From positions 1 to 59,474 of IMG/VR virus record IMGVR_UViG_3300001352_002199: 59,474 nucleotides of DNA. The stretch is one strand, 5' to 3'. The translations under genes were made by a program, and so were the position numbers. Below the pieces are notes generated by a model. That model saw nothing but the letters and a program-made list of their open reading frames with translations. It searched no databases and was not told the DNA's origin. The DNA comes from a virus. Its lineage: Duplodnaviria > Caudoviricetes. Position 1 is the stretch's first letter. Each line of letters starts with the position of its first letter. This document shows positions 45,944 through 55,709 of this stretch, piece after piece.

Positions 45944-47457
45944 ATATCTGGCAACTCATCAGGGTTATTGTTGAGGCTCACATCCGCTTCAGCCATTTGA
46001 GTGCGCACTAAATCTACAGTATCTCCAACTTCAGTAATATTAAAGTTATCAAAATTTAAATAAATAGAATTCTTAACCATTGTTACATCATCCGAAAGTC
46101 GAACGGGCTGCAAAGCTCTCATGTAATTTGAACCCAAATGCCTATGCTTGAAACAAGAAAGTTTATGTGTTCCGAAATTAGGGCTATCCGCCATTTCATC
46201 TTGAGATTTTTGCCTAAGACTAAATAGGTGAGAACTAAATTGTGTGATTCTATCAGAAAGAGATACAACACTTTCGTCTTCTACTATATTTTCTGCCCTA
46301 CGATTATTGGTAATACCAGAACGATTACTTTGAACACTAGTCATCATAGCTACCATTGGGTTGCCTTCAAATAAAATATCTCGTTGAACTAATTTTTTAA
46401 ATTTATCAACCATTTCACCAACCACTTGCCATTCGCTTTTATTGTTTGAGTTTTCAGATGTAGTTTTGATGTAGTCAAAATTAAAGATCATTTCATTACC
46501 TCTACCAACCTTGCTGTAGTAAAAACGTTTAACTAAATTTACCATTTGATCAACATTCATTCCTGATACATTAAAATAATGTAATTTGTAAGATTTTATT
46601 TTAGGCCAGACAGATCTGACCCTATTAACCATTTCTTCGCCGCCTCTACGCCATTTTCCAGTCTCAATAAAATGAAGAGGCACGCCAGACATTGAGGCAC
46701 ATAAACGCATCCTAAGTTCTTCCTGACTCATCTCTCCATTATCAAAGTGCAAGATGGGTGTAAAATTATTTAATTCGGAGGTTTTAAGACAAAAATCTAA
46801 ACAAAACTGAGTTTTACCAACTCCAGATCTAGCTGTAATTGTGGTGATATTTCCTGGCCTAAGTAGGGATCCATATAATTCGTGAAGCCTTTCATGTGGA
46901 CCAGTTAAACCAAACTCCTCAATAGGATTATTTCCCCTATCTTCAACATAATCCTCCATTTCACTAAATAAATCTTCAGGAACATTTGAGCCGTTATCAT
47001 AAAGGGATATAGTGCTATTATAAATTTTATCAGCATCCTCTATTAATTGACTAAATGAATCTTCAGAGGAAGCATTCTGCATTCTCTTTATTATTTTAGA
47101 GCCACACCCAGCTACCTTACGCCTAGCAGAGTATTTCTTTAAGTCTTTAGCTAAACCAATAACGGTATTGGAATTAGTCTTCCTTAAAGAAAGGGCTTGG
47201 ATGTAGTCACCTATATTTATATCATCCTCAAAAGATAAATTAAGAGATAACGCTCTTTCCGTAAGCATTACATAATCAATTTGATCACCGCCCTCTATGG
47301 ACCTTTTAAGAATTGAGAAAATTGTTTTATTAACTTGAGAAGACTCACTATAAAAATCATCCTCGCAGATATAGGAAGATATTTCTACAAAAGAGTCTGG
47401 GTGATTAATAAGTGTTGCAAGAAACTGCTGTTCCTCTTTAAAAGAATACATTGCCAT
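45940..47457 (-). CDS. dnaB: replicative DNA helicase DnaB
   Basis: ARSGVGKT, NGEM, FDYIK, QSNR, KHR. Confidence 0.9.
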   Translation of the reverse strand: MAMYSFKEEQQFLATLINHPDSFVEISSYICEDDFYSESSQVNKTIFSILKRSIEGGDQIDYVMLTERALSLNLSFEDDINIGDYIQALSLRKTNSNTVIGLAKDLKKYSARRKVAGCGSKIIKRMQNASSEDSFSQLIEDADKIYNSTISLYDNGSNVPEDLFSEMEDYVEDRGNNPIEEFGLTGPHERLHELYGSLLRPGNITTITARSGVGKTQFCLDFCLKTSELNNFTPILHFDNGEMSQEELRMRLCASMSGVPLHFIETGKWRRGGEEMVNRVRSVWPKIKSYKLHYFNVSGMNVDQMVNLVKRFYYSKVGRGNEMIFNFDYIKTTSENSNNKSEWQVVGEMVDKFKKLVQRDILFEGNPMVAMMTSVQSNRSGITNNRRAENIVEDESVVSLSDRITQFSSHLFSLRQKSQDEMADSPNFGTHKLSCFKHRHLGSNYMRALQPVRLSDDVTMVKNSIYLNFDNFNITEVGDTVDLVRTQMAEADVSLNNNPDELPDI

Positions 47458-47468
47458 AATTAAACCTT

Positions 47469-47497
47469 AGTATAAACTAAGAAATTATAAAAGTCAA
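47469..47497 (-). promoter_or_regulatory. sigma70-type promoter
   Basis: TTGACT-N17-TATACT; ATG 11 nt downstream. Confidence 0.7.
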
Positions 47498-47500
47498 GTT

Positions 47501-47764
47501 TTATTCTTGATCCCCATTAATATCAAATGGAGCATCTACATTTTCAATTTCAATTAAATACTTTTCTAAAGCCTTGCGAATTCCCATTTCTATAATTTGA
47601 CTACCAGCCCTGCAAAAAATCATTGGCGCACCATCTTGATCCGTGTAGGCTATTAAGAAACCTTTGGATCCATCGCTACTACCTCCTGTAAACTCGTATA
47701 ATTTTTCTAAAAGGCTTTGAGGTATCTGAAAAGCTGGTAAGTTTTCTGGATCTATTTGACTCAT
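47501..47764 (-). CDS. hypothetical protein
   Basis: 87 aa; GTGTA motif upstream (11 nt spacing). Confidence 0.65.
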   Translation of the reverse strand: MSQIDPENLPAFQIPQSLLEKLYEFTGGSSDGSKGFLIAYTDQDGAPMIFCRAGSQIIEMGIRKALEKYLIEIENVDAPFDINGDQE

Positions 47765-47783
47765 TCAATATATATTACACTAT

Positions 47784-48194
47784 TCACAAGAGAATATCTA
47801 GCTTTTTAAAAAAATCTTTAGATAATTTATCTTTTTCATATATTTCTACCAACTTTATATTATTAAGCTCGCAAAAATCATGCTTTTGGTGATCTCGTTT
47901 AAGTTGCATTAAATAGTTGTTTTTGTAATTACCATGAAAAAAGGGTACATATTTTGTATGTTGTCCACCTTGAACTTCTATTGCAATTTTTTCATTGGCG
48001 TTATAAAAATCCAATGTCATACGGGTACCAGCAATTGGGAACTCTTCAAAAACTACATGTCTAGACCAATATTCATGCAAGAAATCTTTAACCGACTTCT
48101 GAAATTTACTGCGACTTCCGGCGTCCCAATCGATAGCATATTTAGTGACACCAATAATTTTACGAGTGGAGCCAGTTAAGGTTTTAAATTTCAA
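47784..48194 (-). CDS. DUF559/Vsr-like endonuclease
   Basis: EEF, LDFY, IAIEVQGGQH, RD..K...C..NNI.L. Confidence 0.8.
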   Translation of the reverse strand: MKFKTLTGSTRKIIGVTKYAIDWDAGSRSKFQKSVKDFLHEYWSRHVVFEEFPIAGTRMTLDFYNANEKIAIEVQGGQHTKYVPFFHGNYKNNYLMQLKRDHQKHDFCELNNIKLVEIYEKDKLSKDFFKKLDILL

Positions 48195-50554
48195 CCTTCG
48201 ATTCTATCTTCGGGTTTGTAATGTTTGAATCTATCATGAGTGACGGTAGATGCTAACAAAACCGCAGGTTTAATTTCACCTTTTTTAGTTTCTTGAAAAA
48301 TGTGAGACATCCAGGTTTGCTCGTAAGGATGCGCCCATTTTGTATTAATGAACATTTTTTTATTACCTTCTCTACTAGTTATATGAGGCCAATTGGCATA
48401 ATAAATTTCTCCACTAATATAAGAGAGACCATTAAGGACTTCAACATTTTTAAACTCTGTACGTGGACAATTGGGGTCGAGCCCAGTGGTTGGCAACTTA
48501 TCATAATTGGGCCAGGTTTCTGTACGGACAGACTGAGGTACATTGTACCAGCTGACCTGTATATTATTATCCATGTAAACTTCAGTATAGGATAGTTTGA
48601 GGAAATCAAATTTTTCCTTTAACATAATTTGATGAAGTTTTTTGTATAAGTCGGGAACATGCTTATTAAAACCGTTTCTACATATCCCTTCTTCTGGGTC
48701 AGATATAGTCATGTCGTCTTCAAAAAATAAGTAGAAATCTGAATCACTAGAATCAAAATGCTCTGCAGCAAATTGGCGACCGCCACATATGCCAGTATTT
48801 TTATTCATTATAATATGCTCAAAACCATACTTTTCACAAATCAAACTATTGCCATCTCTAGCTTCTTGGTTTGTGGAATTATCGATAATAATTTTTTGAC
48901 ATGGGTGTGTCAGGAAATCTTCATGTTTTTGTAAAGACTTTATCGTGGCTTCTAGCTGATCAGGAAAATTAAAAGTAAGGAAATATAAGTTAGTTTTAAC
49001 ATTAGATATATCTTGAGTAACTGGAGTAAACTGAGGACGTTTAGCAGTAAACTCTTCAAGTTTGGCGGTCCCATTCTGTAAAGCTTGAACAAATTTAACA
49101 ATCAGACCATTGCCGTCCAAAGAATAACGCTTATAATACTCTGGAAAAAGTTTTGCCATTATAGCAAAAACACTTTCTTCCGTGCCCGCTAAACCTTCAT
49201 TGATAGTTCTTTCTAATAAGTGGTAATACTCAGCATTAGCTTGAGATAAAAAGTCTTTATGACCACCAAATAAACCTCCCCTGCAAACATAATCAACTTT
49301 GGTTCCAGCATATCTATTGATTGAATTAAACTCAAACCCATGAATTTCATTATCTGCTTCATAGGGATAAGAAAGAAACAAGAAAGGGTCTATTTTATCT
49401 ACGATACCCTGAAGAACTTTTTCTTCGTAAAAATAATTTTCGTAAACAGTTTGACTTATACCAGCATCAAGCCATACGAAGTAATCAGTATCAAATGGGT
49501 TCCATATTTTAGAGTCATGAAGAAAAAACATCTTAGACATGACGATAGGATTATAATATTCATTTTTGCACTGCGGACTTTCTGGTAGCCAACCCGCTTG
49601 ACTTTGCCACTTTTTACTAGTTCGAATAGATTGCCACTTATCCCAGAAAGGCGCAAACATACCAGCCTTTATGTCTTCAAGCTCATAAATCCGAATAAAT
49701 GTGTTTTCTTTTGATCGACGCTCCCAAACGAAAGACTCCAGAGACTTAGGGATCCAGAGTACCATATTGCATGGAATTTTAAGAAATTTATCAAAGTGCT
49801 CTTCGTATCTAGACCAATCGCGTCCAACTCGGTTAATATCCCAGAGACCGCTGACTATAGTTAAGTCAGAATTTCTATCAATTAAAGAAGGTGAAGATGA
49901 AATTTTATTTGCTTCGCATTTGACAAAAACCCCTAACTGATCACAAGGGATTTCAAAATTTGGATTATACCCTTTGCTTTTTAAAAATTCTTCAGCTGCC
50001 GCTCTTACTCCTGGTAGATCAGGCCTGTCAAAATCATGAAAACAAATAATTCCACCTTCACTGACTTTATCGAATATCTTGGATAAACTATCATAAATAG
50101 AGTCATAAAAATCTCCATCTAAAAAAGCAAAACTAATCTTTGTGGGAATTTTATCATCAGGAACATCCTTGAACCAACTTTTATATATAATAGGTTCTGG
50201 TAAATTATTATTGTGGAAATTAGATTTTAATGCATCAACGCTAGTTTTAAGTGTTCCAGGTCTCCAACCAGTGCCTTCTTCAAATTTAGAAAGTTCAGGA
50301 AGACCTTCAAATGAATCATACACATATAATTTTTTAGTGGAATTATGATGTAATAAAGTGTGGGTTAAAAATTTGGAAGACTCACCAACATAGCAACCAA
50401 ACTCAACTACATCACCCTCAATATTTTTAGATAAAGAATCTATTAATTGAGAGCAGATATTTTGAATTTGATTGAAGTTAATGATGTCATGACAGACTTT
50501 TTGATTCATTCTTTCAAAATTATGCAAGAAATCTAAATTGTAAGTGGTGCTCAT
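48191..50554 (-). CDS. multidomain TylF O-methyltransferase + HtrL/YibB glycosyltransferase + GT-A domain
   Basis: GDVVEFGCYVG, DSFEGLP, LDGDFYDS (TylF); TIVSGLWDI, WLDAG, GGLFGG (HtrL); DNS, GGRQF, FFEDD (GT2-like). Confidence 0.82.
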   Translation of the reverse strand: MSTTYNLDFLHNFERMNQKVCHDIINFNQIQNICSQLIDSLSKNIEGDVVEFGCYVGESSKFLTHTLLHHNSTKKLYVYDSFEGLPELSKFEEGTGWRPGTLKTSVDALKSNFHNNNLPEPIIYKSWFKDVPDDKIPTKISFAFLDGDFYDSIYDSLSKIFDKVSEGGIICFHDFDRPDLPGVRAAAEEFLKSKGYNPNFEIPCDQLGVFVKCEANKISSSPSLIDRNSDLTIVSGLWDINRVGRDWSRYEEHFDKFLKIPCNMVLWIPKSLESFVWERRSKENTFIRIYELEDIKAGMFAPFWDKWQSIRTSKKWQSQAGWLPESPQCKNEYYNPIVMSKMFFLHDSKIWNPFDTDYFVWLDAGISQTVYENYFYEEKVLQGIVDKIDPFLFLSYPYEADNEIHGFEFNSINRYAGTKVDYVCRGGLFGGHKDFLSQANAEYYHLLERTINEGLAGTEESVFAIMAKLFPEYYKRYSLDGNGLIVKFVQALQNGTAKLEEFTAKRPQFTPVTQDISNVKTNLYFLTFNFPDQLEATIKSLQKHEDFLTHPCQKIIIDNSTNQEARDGNSLICEKYGFEHIIMNKNTGICGGRQFAAEHFDSSDSDFYLFFEDDMTISDPEEGICRNGFNKHVPDLYKKLHQIMLKEKFDFLKLSYTEVYMDNNIQVSWYNVPQSVRTETWPNYDKLPTTGLDPNCPRTEFKNVEVLNGLSYISGEIYYANWPHITSREGNKKMFINTKWAHPYEQTWMSHIFQETKKGEIKPAVLLASTVTHDRFKHYKPEDRIEG

Positions 50555-51186
50555 TATTTTTTAGTTTTACAAACCCAGACACACCGATCAAAATCTTCTT
50601 GCATTACTGGGTGTAAGTTTTCTTGAGTGCTAATTTCACTAATATCTGAATTTGAAATTTCATGCCAATTCCAGATTTTGTTATAAATTGAGTTTTTGAA
50701 TTTTTCTTGATCGTAAGCATAATCGTGAGCCATTATAATGTCTCCAGATTTAAGGAAAGGAGCTAGAGTATTAAATTCAAAAATTTTATTTCCTCCATCA
50801 CATAGTAATAAGGTTTGGCCTGGGGATTGAATTAAGTTTACAATTTCTTCCGTAGCTTTATGAGGCGAGCTTTCCGTATGCCAACTGTGGTGACGAAAAT
50901 CAATATCATAGTCTAATAAAGATTGCGAAGTCCATGGTTTATGAATGTCATAACTAATGACATTTGCATTTAAATCTAATTCATTAGCACACCATTTTAA
51001 AAACATTGTAAATCCCCCTGCCGCAGTTCCGATCTCTATGATTCTAGAAGGATTAATGGTTTGCATAAATTTACAAAAAACCTCAAAGGCATGGTGCGAT
51101 TGAGAGCATTGGTGCCCTTGCCAGCATGAAATTCCAGAGCCTGATTCTATGTTATTATGCGTTGTGATATATTCTGATTTAAACAT
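50554..51186 (-). CDS. class I SAM methyltransferase (CmcI/Methyltransf_24-like)
   Basis: IIEIGTAAGG, SYDI, CDGG, LKSGDIIMAHD. Confidence 0.8.
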   Translation of the reverse strand: MFKSEYITTHNNIESGSGISCWQGHQCSQSHHAFEVFCKFMQTINPSRIIEIGTAAGGFTMFLKWCANELDLNANVISYDIHKPWTSQSLLDYDIDFRHHSWHTESSPHKATEEIVNLIQSPGQTLLLCDGGNKIFEFNTLAPFLKSGDIIMAHDYAYDQEKFKNSIYNKIWNWHEISNSDISEISTQENLHPVMQEDFDRCVWVCKTKK

Positions 51187-51199
51187 GATATTGATTGGG

Positions 51200-52213
51200 T
51201 TAAAAAAGTTTATTTAGGTCAATTAATGTAAATAATTGATTGACATATTGGTCTATAGTGCAATGATTTAAATAATATTCTCTGCCATTAGATGAGATAA
51301 AATTAATGAGATCTTTATCTTTTTTGACTTTATTAAAAGTGTCATAATATTGATCAGCTAATTCTTTGTGGATCAACTCATCCTCTCGTGTGAATTTTGG
51401 ATCATGATGATAACCAAGTGGACTAAATGGGATATGGTTACCATTAAAAGGGACTTCAATATAATGAAAATTTGGATTAATTGAGTTGTGGCATTTTTGC
51501 GGAAAAGCTGGAGATAATACTGCAGTACCTAGACCCATTCCTTCAATTAATCTCATGCTAACTCCAGATACAGAATAAGTATCTATATTGATCCAGTTTT
51601 CGTGTAGCTCTTTCAAATGGGCACAAGAGTCAGTTTTAGCGCCCGTAAAACATTTAAAACGTTTATCTTTAAATAAAAATGCTCGAAATCCATAGCCATG
51701 ATTAACCATTCTACAAGACATATTCTGAGGGATTGTGCGGTGATTGGTACCCCCTTTCATTATTGATTCAATTTCTTCAGTTACATATGGGCCCCAGGGT
51801 ATTTTATTAATTGGAGTGTAATTTAAATTAGGATGTTCTTCAAGATTTTTTTCGTAATTAAAACACCCCTGAGCGGTAAAAAATTCTACACAATTCTCTA
51901 TAAAATCTAAACTCTTAAAATGAGCTATACTTTCCCAAGCTCTATCCCAGTAACCTAAAACCATATACTTTCTGTTGATTGGGTTTTCAATAATAAATTC
52001 AAAACATTTAAAATGATGTCCGTGATTTTGTACTAATTTTAAATCAACGGGATTTGTGTTTTTAATTTCAGAATCGCTAAGTGTGACATAAGACTTTTGA
52101 TTAAAGTTGATGTTTTTATGGCTAACCCGCCATTTTTGCATCAAACATTCTAAAGCTCTAGGCTTAATGTCATCACTGGTAGTCCAGTCTCCCCAAATAT
52201 TGATAGACTTCAT
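51200..52213 (-). CDS. putative glycosyltransferase (GT-B-like C-terminus)
   Basis: SMRLIEGMGLG, PNFHYI, ISSNGREYY; paralogous to 53533..54444. Confidence 0.55.
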   Translation of the reverse strand: MKSINIWGDWTTSDDIKPRALECLMQKWRVSHKNINFNQKSYVTLSDSEIKNTNPVDLKLVQNHGHHFKCFEFIIENPINRKYMVLGYWDRAWESIAHFKSLDFIENCVEFFTAQGCFNYEKNLEEHPNLNYTPINKIPWGPYVTEEIESIMKGGTNHRTIPQNMSCRMVNHGYGFRAFLFKDKRFKCFTGAKTDSCAHLKELHENWINIDTYSVSGVSMRLIEGMGLGTAVLSPAFPQKCHNSINPNFHYIEVPFNGNHIPFSPLGYHHDPKFTREDELIHKELADQYYDTFNKVKKDKDLINFISSNGREYYLNHCTIDQYVNQLFTLIDLNKLF

Positions 52214-52217
52214 AAAA

Positions 52218-52997
52218 CTACATCCAGAAGCGCTCTACTTTGGGATTATGTTTGCAATCAAAGAGGCCAGAAAAGTCTTCTACGGTACCTTTGATATTAA
52301 GAGCATTATATATAGGAGCTAATATATATTCGTTGTTAATTGCATAAGAGCCCCAAAATAAATTTTGGGAATTATTTTTATATATATGCAGCATAGTTTG
52401 ATCCCATATCTCAAAAAACTTAATCATAATATCGAGATCAGAGAAGCAGAAAAGTTTCCCTGCAGCATCATAAATTCTAACTTCATCATCAACTGATAAA
52501 TTATATTTAGACTTTAAAAAATTTACAATAAAATGCATGTTATTTTCTTGAGTCTTTTGATCCCACCTGCTAACAGTATTATATATTTTATTGTTTTTAT
52601 CTTCAACTTGCAAAAATCTATCAATGTTTAAGTCGGTATCTGTGCCAAGTAATGCAATATTTTTAATTCCATTTTGATGAGCGAGCAATAAATGAAATCT
52701 GTTAGTGGAAAAAGGAAATTTATAACCTTGTTTTAAAAATTTTTCAGCATAATCTTCTTTGCTGGAACTCTCTAGAAAGTATTCGTATTTTTCAACATGA
52801 GGAAATCGAGGGTAAAAGTCTTTTAAGTTTTTGACAATTAAATTTTTTCTATTAATGTCTGAAAAATAATCAACATCTTCAGTGATAACAAAAAAATAAA
52901 TATCAGGATTGTCTTTGTATAAATTAATTAATTTATCTCTGGCAGTCGCTCTGTATGTTGGGCCGCAACATGTGTAACATAAGGCTATTTTATCCAT
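52218..52997 (-). CDS. putative glycosyltransferase (GT-A-like)
   Basis: FFVITED, RF, GTDTD (DxD); likely start MDKIAL. Confidence 0.5.
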   Translation of the reverse strand: MDKIALCYTCCGPTYRATARDKLINLYKDNPDIYFFVITEDVDYFSDINRKNLIVKNLKDFYPRFPHVEKYEYFLESSSKEDYAEKFLKQGYKFPFSTNRFHLLLAHQNGIKNIALLGTDTDLNIDRFLQVEDKNNKIYNTVSRWDQKTQENNMHFIVNFLKSKYNLSVDDEVRIYDAAGKLFCFSDLDIMIKFFEIWDQTMLHIYKNNSQNLFWGSYAINNEYILAPIYNALNIKGTVEDFSGLFDCKHNPKVERFWM

Positions 52998-53514
52998 GAT
53001 TTTTAACTCCATAAATTACACCCAAGTTATCTGGGGTGGAACGAAAGTTAGCTAGTGTATGTATAGTGAATCCCCATTCATTTGGAATTTTATCAAGAAA
53101 AGCTTCTTTGAGTTCAAGTGTATGAAACTCAATAGCGATATCAGTAATGTTCTCTAAATCTTGTACAGTAAGATCAAGTAATACTGACTCTCCTCCTTCG
53201 ATGTCAGATTTTAAGAAATTTATATCATATTTAGAAATTAAACTTTGAATTCGAGACACATTGTTTATGCTCTCGCAATAAAATATATATTTAGATTCAT
53301 TAATGCAGTGATTATTATATATATTTATGCAATTTTGATTAGAATCAATTCCTATAACAGTATTAGCTGTTTTACCGAAAAACAATGGTGTTGTTTCATT
53401 TAAATCTTTTGTGTGCCAAGTGCCGCAACCTATATCTAGAATATTTTTTCCTTTAGAATCTACGAAGCGCCAGTGGTTAGATGCGTCTTCTGATGTAATT
53501 TCATAATATTTCAT
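52990..53514 (-). CDS. class I SAM methyltransferase (FkbM-like)
   Basis: ILDIGCG, GID, LKSDIEGGE, IEFH. Confidence 0.8.
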   Translation of the reverse strand: MKYYEITSEDASNHWRFVDSKGKNILDIGCGTWHTKDLNETTPLFFGKTANTVIGIDSNQNCINIYNNHCINESKYIFYCESINNVSRIQSLISKYDINFLKSDIEGGESVLLDLTVQDLENITDIAIEFHTLELKEAFLDKIPNEWGFTIHTLANFRSTPDNLGVIYGVKNHG

Positions 53515-53532
53515 AGTTTTATTTTTGTTATT

Positions 53533-54444
53533 TTATAAATTTAAATGTGATATAATTTTTTTTAAACGATTTTTCTTGGTGCAGTTTTCTTCATAGTAAG
53601 TTCTAGCAGATAAACTAACATGATCAAGTAATTCTTGGTCATTTTTTACTTCATTATATCTGTCTTGATACCTTATTATATAATCTTTACCTCCAGCTTG
53701 ATCTCTGTTAGAATCTTTTGGGAGACCTTCTCGGGAAATAGAAATGTAATGATGATTTGGTCTAAGGTGTGGATTATATTTATTGAGGAACTCAAAACGC
53801 ATTAGAGGTAAACCTATTGCCATATATTCTATATCCCTGTGGCATATCTCAGAGCATCCAGATATAGATAAACCTAATTTATAAGTAATCGCCTTCTTTA
53901 AATATTCTTCTAATGATTTAACTGGAAATCTAGAATTGATCAAACCTATTTTTTCTAACTCAAACTCATCCCCTCTTCCAGTGGTGCAGCGAAAAAAAGC
54001 TTGGTCAATCATACTATCAAATTTAATATTTTTTCTGATTTTATATATTTTATCATAATCCATAAATGGAGAGTATGTTAAAAAATTTGTATTAGTTAAA
54101 TTGTATTTATATTTTTTTTTGTATTGATCTAAATTAAGAATTCCCCATTCGCGTAAATGAGCTAGAACCAATATGTCATTTCTTGAATTTCTATTTTCAA
54201 AAACCTGTAGTAACCCATTATTAAACTCTCCATAAGAAATGGCTTTTAAGGTGTCGGAATGTTCGTCATAAATTAAAACTTCAGCATCCCCCATAGAATA
54301 ACCTAAACTTTCAATCAGTTGGGAACCTCCCTCTTGAATATAAATTTCAGCGCTAAATTGTTTTTTTAAAAATAAAATTAAATCTTCTAAAAGAGCATGG
54401 AATGTCCATTTGGGGTGTTTATTTGTGACTAAAAAAGCTTTCAC
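53533..54444 (-). CDS. putative glycosyltransferase (GT-B-like C-terminus)
   Basis: LSISG..EICHRDIEYMAIGLP, PNHHYI, ARTYYE. Confidence 0.6.
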   Translation of the reverse strand: MKAFLVTNKHPKWTFHALLEDLILFLKKQFSAEIYIQEGGSQLIESLGYSMGDAEVLIYDEHSDTLKAISYGEFNNGLLQVFENRNSRNDILVLAHLREWGILNLDQYKKKYKYNLTNTNFLTYSPFMDYDKIYKIRKNIKFDSMIDQAFFRCTTGRGDEFELEKIGLINSRFPVKSLEEYLKKAITYKLGLSISGCSEICHRDIEYMAIGLPLMRFEFLNKYNPHLRPNHHYISISREGLPKDSNRDQAGGKDYIIRYQDRYNEVKNDQELLDHVSLSARTYYEENCTKKNRLKKIISHLNL

Positions 54445-55709
54445 TATATTTTTCTTTCTACTCTTTCTGCCCAGCCACGTTTTTTACTATTGGCCCAGTA
54501 AACTACACGGGCTGGCTTTTTATCCGTCATGAACATTTCTTCGTAATGTATTGGTTTTGAATTTTTTATAAATTGATTTAGTTGTTCTCCTTCGATTGAT
54601 TTAGAAAAAATACCTTCTCCATTTTCATCATCAAATGCAATTAATATAGATTGATAATCATCTTTAGGCATTTCATGACGTTCTAAATTGACTAAATGAT
54701 AAAAGGAGAACATAAAACTGTCTTCCCATTCTTTGTCGCTTTTATATGGATAAGGATTGGGTGCAAAGTTGTTATCTTTAGTATATTTCTGGAATGACAT
54801 TTTTTTGAAATGAATACCAGCATATTTTTCATACTCACGTAAACTACGTTTGTCGCCAAGGCCATACTCACCTAAATGTATGCCATTGTCTTCAACCCCT
54901 ATAAGCTGGCGAATTCTTGCTCGAGCAGAATCGTTACCTTTCCACCACATACTTTCTCCACGCTTACTTTGGTCATCCCAAACTAATTTACCTGCCCGCT
55001 CTTCCCTCATGGTTGCATGCCATATAACCACTTTATTGGGGTGAAATAGATCATAACCATGAGTAAAACTTCGGACAGTTAGGTTTAATTCTTCGCCTGC
55101 AAAAAATATATTTCTATCATGCTTGACATCACGAGCCCACTGGTTTGAACCAAATGCAAAGTGACCACTTAAAAATCTAGCTGGGTAAGGTTTTTTTAAA
55201 TGCTTCCAGCCGCCTTTAACTGCAGTAGGTCTAATAAAAATTGTGTTATGCGGATAAAAACAAGCAGCTTCAGAAAACCATGGCTCATGAACTCTATCCT
55301 CAGGATCATTAAATGGATTATAATAAGGTAGGTAACCCCCAATAACTGGATTGTGACCTTCAGACTTTAATTGGTCATACCAATCTATGAGTGTACTATC
55401 CCAGTTTTTATCGAACCTGTGATGGGAATCTAACTGACACACAAAATCTTCATCAGTTAGCAGTTCATCATTGATGATTGCTCGAGCGGTAGCCAAACCT
55501 TTGGCTTGACCATAAGGCATATCGTGAATTTTAAACCTGGGGTCTTTTCTATATTTATCTAGGTTGTCAAAACCATCTTTTTCACAGAACTGTCTACATA
55601 TACCAAAATGTATTCTTTCGGGGTGCCCTGCATTTTTGAGGGCACTTTCTATAGTAGGCACAAGTTCTGGCTCTCTATAAGCAGGTAGATGTACTAAAAT
55701 AGTCTTCAA
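54444..55709 (-). CDS. GT60 (Skp1-type polypeptide GlcNAc-transferase-like) glycosyltransferase
   Basis: AYREPEL, QLDSHHRF, SGHFAF, FAGEE, RSFTHGYD, WH, GLG.KRSL.EYE. Confidence 0.88.
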   Translation of the reverse strand: MKTILVHLPAYREPELVPTIESALKNAGHPERIHFGICRQFCEKDGFDNLDKYRKDPRFKIHDMPYGQAKGLATARAIINDELLTDEDFVCQLDSHHRFDKNWDSTLIDWYDQLKSEGHNPVIGGYLPYYNPFNDPEDRVHEPWFSEAACFYPHNTIFIRPTAVKGGWKHLKKPYPARFLSGHFAFGSNQWARDVKHDRNIFFAGEELNLTVRSFTHGYDLFHPNKVVIWHATMREERAGKLVWDDQSKRGESMWWKGNDSARARIRQLIGVEDNGIHLGEYGLGDKRSLREYEKYAGIHFKKMSFQKYTKDNNFAPNPYPYKSDKEWEDSFMFSFYHLVNLERHEMPKDDYQSILIAFDDENGEGIFSKSIEGEQLNQFIKNSKPIHYEEMFMTDKKPARVVYWANSKKRGWAERVERKI

